A stretch of 64,000 bases of DNA, taken from an uncultured Bacteroidales bacterium (GTDB lineage: Bacteria; Bacteroidota; Bacteroidia; Bacteroidales; UBA4417). Numbering within the stretch: position 1 is the first letter of the stretch; each line of letters begins with the position of its first letter. Both the position numbers and the translations under genes were made by a program. The stretch is from contig CALBZC010000009.1 of assembly GCA_937889945.1 (NCBI GenBank), positions 49,532-113,531 on the forward strand, written 5' to 3'. Shown piece by piece: positions 27,605-37,240 of this stretch. The notes below the pieces were generated by a model that saw only the letters and a list, made by a program, of their open reading frames with translations, was not told the origin of the DNA and did no database searches.

Positions 27605-28810
27605 TTAGCAATTGCGTAATACAATAGCCGTTCCCATTCCGCCGCCAATGCACAAAGATGCAAGACCCAACTGTTGCCCGTTACGTTTCATTTCGTGAAT
27701 AAGACTTACGGTAATACGGTTACCTGATGCACCTATAGGATGACCTAACGCGATAGCTCCGCCATTTACATTGCAATGCTTATCAAACCAAGATTTATCC
27801 AATTTATAATCCTCACTTAACTGTTTGATTACTCCCAATGATTGAGCCGCAAAAGCTTCGTTTAATTCAACAACATCAATATCTTTGAGTTGAATACCCG
27901 CTTTGTCTAAGGCTTTGTGGATAGCAGGCACAGGTCCCATGCCCATAATAGCCGGATCCACGCCCCCTTGACCTACGGAAACAATTTCAACCAACGGCGT
28001 TAAATTATATTTTTTCACGGCTGCGTCAGATGCTATCAACACAAATGATGCACCATCGTTGAGTCCCGAAGCATTACCTGCCGTAACGGTTCCGTCTTTT
28101 TTGAAAGCCGGACGTAAGCCGGCAAGCTTTTCAACGTTTGTACTCCTGTTTACATGTTCATCCGTATCTATTGTAATTGTTTCTTTTTTACTCGGTATTT
28201 GAATAGGTACGATTTCGTTTTTAAAATTACCTTTATCTATAGCTGCCGCAGCTTTTTGTTGCGAAGCATAGGCAAAGGCGTCCTGATCTGCGCGTGAGAT
28301 ATTGTATTTTTCCGCAATATTTTCAGCCGTAATACCCATATGATATTCTTGGAAAGCATCCGTCAAACCATCCACTACCATGTGGTCAACAGCTTTAAAA
28401 TCGCCCATTTTAATACCTGAACGTACATTACCGGGCAATATAAAGGGAGCTGACGACATATTTTCCGTACCGCCCGCTAAAATCAATTCTGCTTCTTCCG
28501 CTTTTATATTATTTACTGCCGTGAGAATAGCTTTCATGCCGCTACCACAAATCATATTGATGCCCCAAGCCGGAACTTCTTGCGGAATACCTCCTTTGAT
28601 AGCCGCTTGACGCGCCACACCTTGTTTTTGTCCTGCCATCAGGATATTACCCACAATAACTTCATCAATATTTGCAGGATTAACTTTTGTTTCTTCAATT
28701 ATATTTTTGATTACAGCAGCAGCCATATCAGCAGGAGTTAAGCCCGCCAAGCCGCCGCCAAATTTCCCTACAGCCGTCCGTTTAGCTGCAACAATATATA
28801 TTTTAGTCAT
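27605..28810 (-). CDS. Acetyl-CoA C-acetyltransferase (thiolase)
   Basis: 401 aa. Thiolase blocks INMICGSGMKA (active Cys), NVNGGAIALGHPIGASG and LCIGGGMG. Confidence 0.92.
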   Translation of the reverse strand: MTKIYIVAAKRTAVGKFGGGLAGLTPADMAAAVIKNIIEETKVNPANIDEVIVGNILMAGQKQGVARQAAIKGGIPQEVPAWGINMICGSGMKAILTAVNNIKAEEAELILAGGTENMSSAPFILPGNVRSGIKMGDFKAVDHMVVDGLTDAFQEYHMGITAENIAEKYNISRADQDAFAYASQQKAAAAIDKGNFKNEIVPIQIPSKKETITIDTDEHVNRSTNVEKLAGLRPAFKKDGTVTAGNASGLNDGASFVLIASDAAVKKYNLTPLVEIVSVGQGGVDPAIMGMGPVPAIHKALDKAGIQLKDIDVVELNEAFAAQSLGVIKQLSEDYKLDKSWFDKHCNVNGGAIALGHPIGASGNRITVSLIHEMKRNGQQLGLASLCIGGGMGTAIVLRNC

Positions 28811-28825
28811 AATAATTTATTTTTA

Positions 28826-29485
28826 TTAATTAAGCATGTTCTTTATTTCTTTAGATATAATCAGAGGAGCTTCAGTAGCTTCCTGCACCTGTTCAGGGGT
28901 GAATTCGGGGTGAATTTCCGTCAATACAAGCCCCTGAGGTGTTACTTCCATCACGCCCATCTCGGTAATAATCATGTTCACTTGTCCGGCTGCCGTTAAG
29001 GGCAAAGTACATTGTTTTAATATTTTCTTTTCACCTTTGGCAGTATGCTCCATGGTAATAATAACTTTTTTAGCTCCTACAATCAAATCCATAGCGCCCC
29101 CCATACCCGGGGTTTTCTTACCCGGAATAATCCAGTTTGCCAAGTTCCCTTTTTCATCTACCTGCAAAGCTCCGAGTAATGTCAAATCCACATGACCTCC
29201 ACGGATAATGCTGAAAGACATAGAACTATCGAAGCTTGAGGCTCCGGGAATTGTAGTAATATAGCCACCTCCGGCATTCATAAGGTCTGCATTTTCTTTC
29301 CCCGCCTCGGGCGTAGGTCCCATACCCAACAGCCCATTTTCGGACTGCAAGATAATTTTAACACCTTCGGGCAAATAATTAGGAATAAGCGTAGGCAAGC
29401 CTATGCCAAGGTTTACAACATAGCCGTCACGCATTTCTTTAGCGGCGCGCTTGGCAATAGTTTCTTTTATTTGTTCCTTATCCAT
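28826..29485 (-). CDS. atoA: 3-oxoacid (acetoacetate) CoA-transferase subunit B
   Basis: 219 aa. Catalytic glutamate motif SENGLLGMGP. Confidence 0.88.
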   Translation of the reverse strand: MDKEQIKETIAKRAAKEMRDGYVVNLGIGLPTLIPNYLPEGVKIILQSENGLLGMGPTPEAGKENADLMNAGGGYITTIPGASSFDSSMSFSIIRGGHVDLTLLGALQVDEKGNLANWIIPGKKTPGMGGAMDLIVGAKKVIITMEHTAKGEKKILKQCTLPLTAAGQVNMIITEMGVMEVTPQGLVLTEIHPEFTPEQVQEATEAPLIISKEIKNMLN

Positions 29486-29513
29486 GATTTATTTATTTTT
29501 ATTAAAATCCTAT

Positions 29514-30308
29514 TTATTCTTTTTCATTTTTACGTCTTACCATTTCTTCAGCAATATATGATGCCACATCATCGGCATAAGAATTCATGCTAAAACCGGC
29601 ATCATAGCCCAATTCCTTGGCTAATTCGTGCGAAATGCGGGGACCTCCGCAAACCAAAATCACTTTATGGCGCAATCCTTCAGCTTCAAGCATTTCAACT
29701 AATTCTGTCATATTTTTTATATGTACATCTTTTTGCGTAACTGTTTGCGAAACCAACAACACGTCCGCATTTAGCTCGATAGCTTTGGCAATAAACTCTT
29801 CGTTCGGCACCTGGCTACCCATATTGAGGGCTTCTATCATTTCATAACGCTCTAAGCCGTAGTGCCCTGCATATCCCTTCATGTTCATTATAGCGTCAAT
29901 ACCCACAGTGTGGGCATCCGTACCCGTACTTGCGCCTACAACTATAAGTTTGCGTCCTATATGTTCCTTTATAAAAGCATCGGTTTCTTCCATGCTCATT
30001 ACGTTTGATTCTACTTTTTGCACGTGTATGGAGGTAAAATCGACCGTATGCGTACAATTTCCATAACAGTTAAAAAAAGTAAATCCTTTGGTAAGCTCTT
30101 TATAAAAAACAACCTGAGGGTTTTCAAAACCCATTTTTTTAAGTAATTGTTTTGCTGCCTCTATAGACTCGTCATTACAGGGAACCGGTAGTGTAAAACT
30201 TATTTGCGTTTTACCATCGTTCATGGTATCTCCATAAGGCTTGATTTTCTTCAAATCTAATGTTTGATCAAAATCATTTTTGCTCATCGAATATAAACCA
30301 CCGCTCAT
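29514..30308 (-). CDS. kamE: Beta-lysine/D-lysine 5,6-aminomutase beta subunit (B12-binding)
   Basis: 264 aa. Cobalamin base-off DxHxxG motif (TDAHTVGID) and a Rossmann-like B12 domain. Its start overlaps the kamD stop as TAATG. Confidence 0.88.
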   Translation of the reverse strand: MSGGLYSMSKNDFDQTLDLKKIKPYGDTMNDGKTQISFTLPVPCNDESIEAAKQLLKKMGFENPQVVFYKELTKGFTFFNCYGNCTHTVDFTSIHVQKVESNVMSMEETDAFIKEHIGRKLIVVGASTGTDAHTVGIDAIMNMKGYAGHYGLERYEMIEALNMGSQVPNEEFIAKAIELNADVLLVSQTVTQKDVHIKNMTELVEMLEAEGLRHKVILVCGGPRISHELAKELGYDAGFSMNSYADDVASYIAEEMVRRKNEKE

Positions 30309-31870
30309 TATTTGGTTCTCCTTTCTTTCATCAATTCAATAAATGGATTCATATAATTTGTTCCTTTTTCGGTAACACCCGATAGTCCCTTACCTCCGTT
30401 TTTGGGACGTTTTACATCGCCAAACATACCTTTTTCCAAAGCTGAGAACAAGCCTTCTTTCTCTATACGTTGCAATATTTCCAATGCCTGATCCAGCACA
30501 TGTTGTGCCCGTTTCTGCATAATGCCGTCTTTTTTAAATTCCACATCCGAGCCCAACAGTTTCATATTATTAAAAATATACTTCGCATTTTCAATGGCTA
30601 AAAACCTATCGGACATAAAAGGTGTGTGAATAGCTTCCGTCATCATTCCCAATAGCTGTATGCCTTGTCCTGTCCATATGGAAATTGTATTGAACAGCGC
30701 ATCCTGTATATGTCCTCTAAAAATATTACCTGTCATAAATTTGGTGGGAGGCATATATTTCAAAGGCGCTTTAGGAAATATTTCACGTGTCATTTGGGCT
30801 TGCGCCAATTCATACAGGAAGCCGTTTTCAAGCTCAGGATCCATTTCAAAGGCATGTCCTAAGCCCATTTGCTCTTCGGGGAGACCTGCAAGCAGAGCCA
30901 ATTGTTCGTTTATGAGGTCGGAAGCCAACACTGTACGTGCTTCTTCATACGCATCTGCCGTTGTGAGGTAGTTATCTTCACCTGTGTTGATAATAACGCC
31001 GGCAAATCCGTTGATAATTCTGGAAAAATATTGATCGACCATGGTGCGTTGCATATTGATGTCACGGAATAATATCCCGTAAAGCGCATCGTTAAGCATC
31101 ACATCCAATCCTTCAAGGGCGCCCATAACGGCAATTTCGGGCATACATAATCCCGAACAGTAGTTACACAAACGTATGTAACGACCTACCTCCTCACCTA
31201 CCTCATTAAGCGCGGTGCGCATAATGCGGAAGTTTTCCTGCGTGGCAAAAGTTCCGCCAAAACCTTCGGTAGTAGCACCAAAGGGCACGTAATCCAATAG
31301 GCTTTGTCCGGTAGTGCGTATAACGGCGATAATATCAGCACCTTGACGTGCAGCAGCTTGGGCTTGCACAACATCTTCATATATATTACCTGTAGCAACA
31401 ATAACATAAATATAAGGTTTAGGACCTTCGCCAATGCGGGCAATATATTCTTCACGGCGTTTACGGTTAGCGCTAATACGTGCAATACTTTCATCAATGT
31501 AAGGTTGCAAGGCTTTGTTTATTTCATCACTCCCGTGAAGCTTAACTTTACTGATATCGAAACTTTGCGCAGCTATTTTTTCTGCAATTTGCTGTGGAGT
31601 GAAACCCGTTTCAATAATAGCATTGCCTAAATAATATAAAACGCCCTGGTTAAGAATTCCTTTGGCTTTTAAATCATCAACAACGATATTTGGCAATGGA
31701 ACTTCATTACTATCTATACCATCAATTCCCATTAAACGGCAGAGAGTACGTTCTACTGCCACGGTAGTAAAACCATCCACAAAACTTTGTACAGATGCCG
31801 CAATGTTCTTAGCCACATTTTTGGCTTGGGCAACCTTGCTAAAATCAAGGCCTAATTTACTTTCCTGCAT
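30308..31870 (-). CDS. kamD: Beta-lysine/D-lysine 5,6-aminomutase alpha subunit
   Basis: 520 aa, the length typical of KamD. Coupled to kamE and lies in the lysine fermentation context. Confidence 0.85.
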   Translation of the reverse strand: MQESKLGLDFSKVAQAKNVAKNIAASVQSFVDGFTTVAVERTLCRLMGIDGIDSNEVPLPNIVVDDLKAKGILNQGVLYYLGNAIIETGFTPQQIAEKIAAQSFDISKVKLHGSDEINKALQPYIDESIARISANRKRREEYIARIGEGPKPYIYVIVATGNIYEDVVQAQAAARQGADIIAVIRTTGQSLLDYVPFGATTEGFGGTFATQENFRIMRTALNEVGEEVGRYIRLCNYCSGLCMPEIAVMGALEGLDVMLNDALYGILFRDINMQRTMVDQYFSRIINGFAGVIINTGEDNYLTTADAYEEARTVLASDLINEQLALLAGLPEEQMGLGHAFEMDPELENGFLYELAQAQMTREIFPKAPLKYMPPTKFMTGNIFRGHIQDALFNTISIWTGQGIQLLGMMTEAIHTPFMSDRFLAIENAKYIFNNMKLLGSDVEFKKDGIMQKRAQHVLDQALEILQRIEKEGLFSALEKGMFGDVKRPKNGGKGLSGVTEKGTNYMNPFIELMKERRTK

Positions 31871-31903
31871 TATAGTATATTATTTAATTTTTTTACAAAT
31901 GTA

Positions 31904-33292
31904 TTAGTTTTTGGCATAAAAAGCAGCCTGTTGCAAAACATCTTCATCAATTTCTAATATTTTAGCAATAGCAAGGGCTTCCATAGGCACATCTGCCGAA
32001 TCATTTTCCACAAGAGAATAATCCATGTAATCATTTATATTTTTAGTTGTAATTTTTTGGTTTAGCTTTTCGGTCATCAAACCTTTTACCCGCATTTTCC
32101 TGCACGAGGATTGAATGCCGCTATAATGCGTAGTTACAAGAGACCTGGCATGGGTTGATGCCAACACATCAAGTATGGCATTCACAATGGCTCTGCCTTC
32201 CTGCGGATTGGTAGTGCGGGCAAGCTCATCTATCAATACAAGTATGTTTTTACCCGCTTTTGCCGCTTTTATAATTTCATTAACTTTAATCATTTCCGAC
32301 GCAAATGACGACAATCCGCTAAGCTCCGATTGTTCATCGCTCATGCTGGTCATTACATCTTCTACAGGCACTATACTTGCTTGATTAGCCGGAATATAGA
32401 AACCAAACTGAAACATGTATTGCGCCAATTGTACGGATTTAAGCAACACCGTTTTACCTCCCATATTGGCGCCTGTAATTAATAGCGGCTGCATGCCTAT
32501 AGTAATATCTACTGCCTGGAAACTTTTGCTTTGTAAGGACAAACTATCTTGCACATAAGGATTGAAAAGGCTTTTATAAGTAGTGATTTCATCAGCAATA
32601 GAAGGTTTTGCCAATTTATACTTGACTGCCAACAAAGCTTTAGCTATAACGATATCAAACAAAGCTACCATTTCTAAGGCTTTACGCAAATCGCGCTTAT
32701 GTTTAAACAATTCGCGCGAAAGCTTTTCGCGTATTGTATCTTCAACAGCTATGGCTTGGAGGCGGATTTTTTCAGCTTGTTCTACATTTGTAGTATATAT
32801 ACTTTTTTGTTGTTTTCTCAAACTTGAAAGTTCTTCGCTATACTCATCATATACGTAAAAATGAGGCACACGCTGCCCTTGCGGATCAAGTATGGATATA
32901 GGACTTTCCAACACAGGAATTTCTATGTGAAAATAATTGGCAAGCGTGGCTAACTCTCTTATTTCAGTAGCTATTAAGGCAAAGTTTTTTATTTCAAAAA
33001 GCTCTATATCATCTAACACATTTTCCCTGTATAGATTGTTAATAGTGCCTTGAATATCATTTATGTGTTCGAGTTTTATCTGTATTTTTTCCAGTATATT
33101 TTTTCCTTTTTCAGTTTCGAGCACCCTCAGTATTCCATCAATGCTTTCAAAAGCAAAAAACAAATCTTTTTTCCCGGTAATAAAATGTTGCGCAAGCAAT
33201 ACCCTGCGTCCCAAGCTTGATTTAATATCCAGCTGGTCAAACATGTATCGCAATGCGTTTACTTTTTTAATCACACTCCCAAAAGTTGCCAT
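31904..33292 (-). CDS. MutS-domain-V ATPase lacking mismatch-binding and nuclease domains (candidate aminomutase reactivase component)
   Basis: 462 aa. Walker A GANMGGKT, Walker B VLIDELARTTNPQEG and a TTHY block. No N-terminal mismatch domain and no Smr domain. Sits 33 bp upstream of kamD. Confidence 0.7.
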   Translation of the reverse strand: MATFGSVIKKVNALRYMFDQLDIKSSLGRRVLLAQHFITGKKDLFFAFESIDGILRVLETEKGKNILEKIQIKLEHINDIQGTINNLYRENVLDDIELFEIKNFALIATEIRELATLANYFHIEIPVLESPISILDPQGQRVPHFYVYDEYSEELSSLRKQQKSIYTTNVEQAEKIRLQAIAVEDTIREKLSRELFKHKRDLRKALEMVALFDIVIAKALLAVKYKLAKPSIADEITTYKSLFNPYVQDSLSLQSKSFQAVDITIGMQPLLITGANMGGKTVLLKSVQLAQYMFQFGFYIPANQASIVPVEDVMTSMSDEQSELSGLSSFASEMIKVNEIIKAAKAGKNILVLIDELARTTNPQEGRAIVNAILDVLASTHARSLVTTHYSGIQSSCRKMRVKGLMTEKLNQKITTKNINDYMDYSLVENDSADVPMEALAIAKILEIDEDVLQQAAFYAKN

Positions 33293-33295
33293 AAT

Positions 33296-34300
33296 TCAGA
33301 TTTGTTTAATATCATACACGGGCATTTTCAGGCTCTCGCTCAGTTGCGCCCTTAAGTCGGCCGAGTTTAACACGTAGCCTTCAGGTGATGTCGGGTTAAC
33401 ACAAACAGCAATAAGTTTGGTGCGCAACAACACCTCTATTTTACCTCCCTTGGCAATATATGCATTAAAAGATTCTCGCCCGGCAAAAATTTTTGTAAAA
33501 TCTTTTACCACAAGGGTTATATCTTTTATATTTTTCTGTATCCTGAGGAAATTAAGAATTTTGTCGGTAATAGCGCCCGCCACATAAAGGATATTGCCGT
33601 GCATAAAAAGCTTATCTTTATACTTTTCCAACAAAAACACCGACGGAATATCTAAATCTATCACTTCATTTTTATCTATAGCCCAAATTCCACTTTCTTT
33701 TTGCAACAACTGCTCTACAAATATAGAACTAAATTTTTCTAAATTAATAAGTGTATAAACATACTTCGTTTTGCTTACCAATGTATTTATATTTGCAGAA
33801 AGCGCTGCTCCGGTTGCCAAAATAAGGCTCTCGGTAACGGCGGGCGAGCCCAGACTAAGACGTGACAAGGCTCCATCTACAATGGTAGTATCTACACCAT
33901 ACTGAGGCATTTCGTTTACCACTTTCCTAAGCCAAACCGTATCGGTAGGTCCTGAAAACATTAATTTACCTGTACTCACCGAACGAGCTGTAACAAGCCT
34001 CCCCAACGAGGTGTATCGGTCACCTACGTTCAGAATTTCAGCATCTATTTTTTTTTGCTTAAAATGCTTTTCCGATGTTACGAAGACAATATTTTCATAA
34101 AGTTCAATTTCAGGTTTATGGGTAGCCGTAACCTGATCCAAGCCCTCGCCGTCAATGCCTATGGATGTAAGGGCTAAACGGGCGTCAAAACTTTTTAAAC
34201 GCTTAAGCACATAATTTAAGCATTCCGTTTTCCCCGTATTTTTCTCCATTCCTACTATCGATAGGCTTCTGTGTTTTAATATTTCTTCAACAAACGGCAT
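33296..34300 (-). CDS. P-loop-containing hypothetical protein, partner of the MutS-like ATPase
   Basis: 334 aa. N-terminal Walker-A-like GMEKNTGKTE. Only 3 nt separate it from the MutS-like gene. No other motif recognised. Confidence 0.5.
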   Translation of the reverse strand: MPFVEEILKHRSLSIVGMEKNTGKTECLNYVLKRLKSFDARLALTSIGIDGEGLDQVTATHKPEIELYENIVFVTSEKHFKQKKIDAEILNVGDRYTSLGRLVTARSVSTGKLMFSGPTDTVWLRKVVNEMPQYGVDTTIVDGALSRLSLGSPAVTESLILATGAALSANINTLVSKTKYVYTLINLEKFSSIFVEQLLQKESGIWAIDKNEVIDLDIPSVFLLEKYKDKLFMHGNILYVAGAITDKILNFLRIQKNIKDITLVVKDFTKIFAGRESFNAYIAKGGKIEVLLRTKLIAVCVNPTSPEGYVLNSADLRAQLSESLKMPVYDIKQI

Positions 34301-34421
34301 GGATTTTCAATTCTATCAAAATTGGTTTATCAAATAACCATCAAATAAAAAAGTAGCTGATTTACAAATATTTATCATTTAATTTAACGTTTTTTATCCA
34401 ATAATTATCAAACAAGAATTT

Positions 34422-35867
34422 TTATGCCCAAAAAGGTAAATAAGCCGGAAACTTGCGAGATTTATTTTCGGGATCCTCTTTTTTGATAACCTTATCTTCT
34501 AAGGCATCTTTAATAATTCTTGAAGCTATTGCAGAATTTTTATCATCAATTTTAAAACGCTCTCTTAAACTTTGATTGGTCATTTTTTCATTAGAAACGT
34601 ACTTCAAACATGCATGCTGATAGGAAGCTGCTATTTTTTCCTTTTTGCTTAAATCATTAAGAGCTTTATAACTATAAATGGTTATTCGTGTTCTTCTTTC
34701 AGCAACTACTACATTAATTGGTGGTAATTGATAAAGTTCATTATAAAAAATAACCTTGTCTAAACCACTTCCTTTTATTTCACAAAAGCCCATTCTACGC
34801 ATTAAATCTGATAATTTTTCATTTCTTGATAAATAAGCATCAATAAAACGCTCAGGTGTAACCATAGGTACACCTGGATTAGATATTTCAATTCTGTCGC
34901 TGTATATTTCAATCATAGGAGAGCCCTTTTCCTGCATATCTTGATGTATTAAAGCATTTGCAACTAACTCTCTTATTGCAATTTCCGGATACATGCGACT
35001 ATCCTTGCGTAAAGCTTTTCCGATTTCTTCATTAGCAGGTAATTGACCATTTATCCAATCTACTAATCCCTCGAAGCCTAGTGCATAACCTTTAACTCCA
35101 ATCTGTTCTCTTTCTGTTTCTACTTTATTTTTACCTTTATAAACAATTACCCTCACAGATTTTCTTTCTATGCTTTCAAAATCTTTGAGATTCTTAGCAA
35201 AAAGGATAGCCCCTAATTTAGTAATAGCATAACTTTTCGTTTTAATTATTAACCCCTCTTCCATAAATCTATCTATTACACCTTGCTGGTTAGAGGGGTA
35301 GGGTATTTTCATAAAATCAAAGTAGGCTTCAGTACTTAAATATTTAGAGATATCTGAAGCTAGAAGATTTTCTTTTGCTATTTGCTTTTCGAAAATAACA
35401 TTTTCTCTTCTCCATATTTTTGCTTGCTTCTCAGGAAACTCGTTTATCTTTCTAGTAATACTCCCAATCCTAATATATGCTTGATGTAAAAATTCCACTG
35501 GTTGATTTTGTGCAGCGGGAATAATAAACAAGGACAAGTGTCTTGCCTCATCATAGTTAAACTCATAAATTGTAAAATCAATGCGAGGATTAAGTCTAGT
35601 TGTTAACCAATGTTCTAAATTTTCATTCCCTTTTTTTTGCGATTTTGGTTTAAATGTAGTTCCTACAACACGGTGAGTTATGTCTTCCACCCCAAACACT
35701 AAATATCCCAAAGGTTGATTGTGAATACAGGCTCCATTTGATAACGCAGATATTCTTTCCCCTATTTCTTCTACACTATGATAGTTTTCCTTAAACTCAA
35801 CCCACTCACTTTCATGTGTTTGTTTTACCAAATCATTAATAAGTTCTATTAATTGAGGCTTATTCAT
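34422..35867 (-). CDS. AlbA_2 (Schlafen-like) plus HATPase-like plus C-terminal wHTH protein (putative DNA-binding ATPase/regulator)
   Basis: 481 aa. N-terminal ESEWVEFKENY...LVFGVED pattern of AlbA_2. Central RELVANALIHQD...IEISNPG GHKL-type ATPase-like block. More AT-rich than its neighbours in spot counts. Confidence 0.6.
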   Translation of the reverse strand: MNKPQLIELINDLVKQTHESEWVEFKENYHSVEEIGERISALSNGACIHNQPLGYLVFGVEDITHRVVGTTFKPKSQKKGNENLEHWLTTRLNPRIDFTIYEFNYDEARHLSLFIIPAAQNQPVEFLHQAYIRIGSITRKINEFPEKQAKIWRRENVIFEKQIAKENLLASDISKYLSTEAYFDFMKIPYPSNQQGVIDRFMEEGLIIKTKSYAITKLGAILFAKNLKDFESIERKSVRVIVYKGKNKVETEREQIGVKGYALGFEGLVDWINGQLPANEEIGKALRKDSRMYPEIAIRELVANALIHQDMQEKGSPMIEIYSDRIEISNPGVPMVTPERFIDAYLSRNEKLSDLMRRMGFCEIKGSGLDKVIFYNELYQLPPINVVVAERRTRITIYSYKALNDLSKKEKIAASYQHACLKYVSNEKMTNQSLRERFKIDDKNSAIASRIIKDALEDKVIKKEDPENKSRKFPAYLPFWA

Positions 35868-35994
35868 TAGGATAATTACATTTAAAATTCTATGGAATTA
35901 AACAACAAAGAGACTTTTGAAACAAAACATCATATGTTATATTATTATATTTTACGTTTTAAAATAATTCTTTCCAAGCCTCTTTGTTTAAAAA

Positions 35995-37236
35995 TTACTT
36001 TTTGTGGCGCTCCTTACGCGATAAATTTGCAGGCTCTAATGACATTTGTTCTCCTGCCAACAGGGATGCTACGCCTTCCACTTGTTGGGGCTTGCAATCG
36101 CTGCATTCACATTCGTTTTTATAATCGGTAGGCTCGGTATAAGTGGTAATAACACCTTCAAAGTTACGCAATACAACTTTACCGGGGCTTTGCGAAATAA
36201 CATACGTTGGCATAACAGGTGTTTTACCTCCACCTCCGGGTGCATCCACCACAAATGTAGGAACAGCATAGCCTGAGGTATGACCACGTAAACTTTCTAT
36301 AATTTCAATGCCTTTAGAAACCGGTGTTCGGAAATGCTCCAACCCCATAGAAAGATCACATTGATAGATATAATATGGCCTTACGCGCATTTTCACCAAC
36401 CCATGAACCAGTTTTCGCATCACGCTCGTACAATCATTAATACCTCTTAACAAAACAGACTGGTTGCCCAACGGCACACCTGCATTTGCAAGTTTAGCAC
36501 ATGCTTCGGTTGCTTCTGCGGTAATTTCATTCGGATGGTTAAAGTGTGTATTTAACCAAATAGGGTGATATTTTTTCAACATGTTAACCAAGTCGTCTGT
36601 GATGCGTTGTGGGCATACTACAGGCACACGACTTCCCAAGCGGATAATTTCCACGTGTGGTATTTCGCGCAAGCGTTGAATTATAGATTCGAGCATTTTG
36701 TCGCTCACCATAAGCGCATCACCACCTGATAGAAGCACATCGCGCACTTGCGGCGTACGTGCAATATAATCAATTGCTGCCTGTATGCGCTCTGTGGGAG
36801 ATGCGGTATCGTGCTGTCCGGCAAAACGGCGTCTTGTGCAATGCCTGCAATACATGGAGCACATGTCTGTGATAAGGAACAAAACCCTGTCGGGATAGCG
36901 GTGCGTTAATCCCGGCACCGGCGAATCTTCATCTTCGTGCAAGGGATCTAACAAATCAGCTGCTGATTGATATGTTTCAGCCCCTGTAGGAATCGCTTGT
37001 TTACGGATAGGACAATGCGGATCATCAGGATTGATAAGAGAAAGATAATATGGGGTAATAGCCATTCTCAATGTTTCCAATGACTTTTTCACACCTTCTT
37101 CTTCCTGGGCAGTAAGCTTGATATATTTTTTTAGTTGGTCAAGCGTTTCAATTCTGTTTTTCACCTGCCATTTCCAATCGTTCCATTGTTCGTCCGTAAC
37201 TTCGGGGAACAATATTTTTCTTCTTGTTTCTTGCAT
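35995..37236 (-). CDS. kamA: L-lysine 2,3-aminomutase (radical SAM, PLP)
   Basis: Radical SAM CxxxCxxC (CSMYCRHCTRR) and N-terminal WNDWKWQVKNRI typical of KamA. The start is taken at MQETRRK (37236) because the track start 37287 overlaps kdd by 47 bp. Confidence 0.9.
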   Translation of the reverse strand: MQETRRKILFPEVTDEQWNDWKWQVKNRIETLDQLKKYIKLTAQEEEGVKKSLETLRMAITPYYLSLINPDDPHCPIRKQAIPTGAETYQSAADLLDPLHEDEDSPVPGLTHRYPDRVLFLITDMCSMYCRHCTRRRFAGQHDTASPTERIQAAIDYIARTPQVRDVLLSGGDALMVSDKMLESIIQRLREIPHVEIIRLGSRVPVVCPQRITDDLVNMLKKYHPIWLNTHFNHPNEITAEATEACAKLANAGVPLGNQSVLLRGINDCTSVMRKLVHGLVKMRVRPYYIYQCDLSMGLEHFRTPVSKGIEIIESLRGHTSGYAVPTFVVDAPGGGGKTPVMPTYVISQSPGKVVLRNFEGVITTYTEPTDYKNECECSDCKPQQVEGVASLLAGEQMSLEPANLSRKERHKK

Positions 37237-37240
37237 AATT

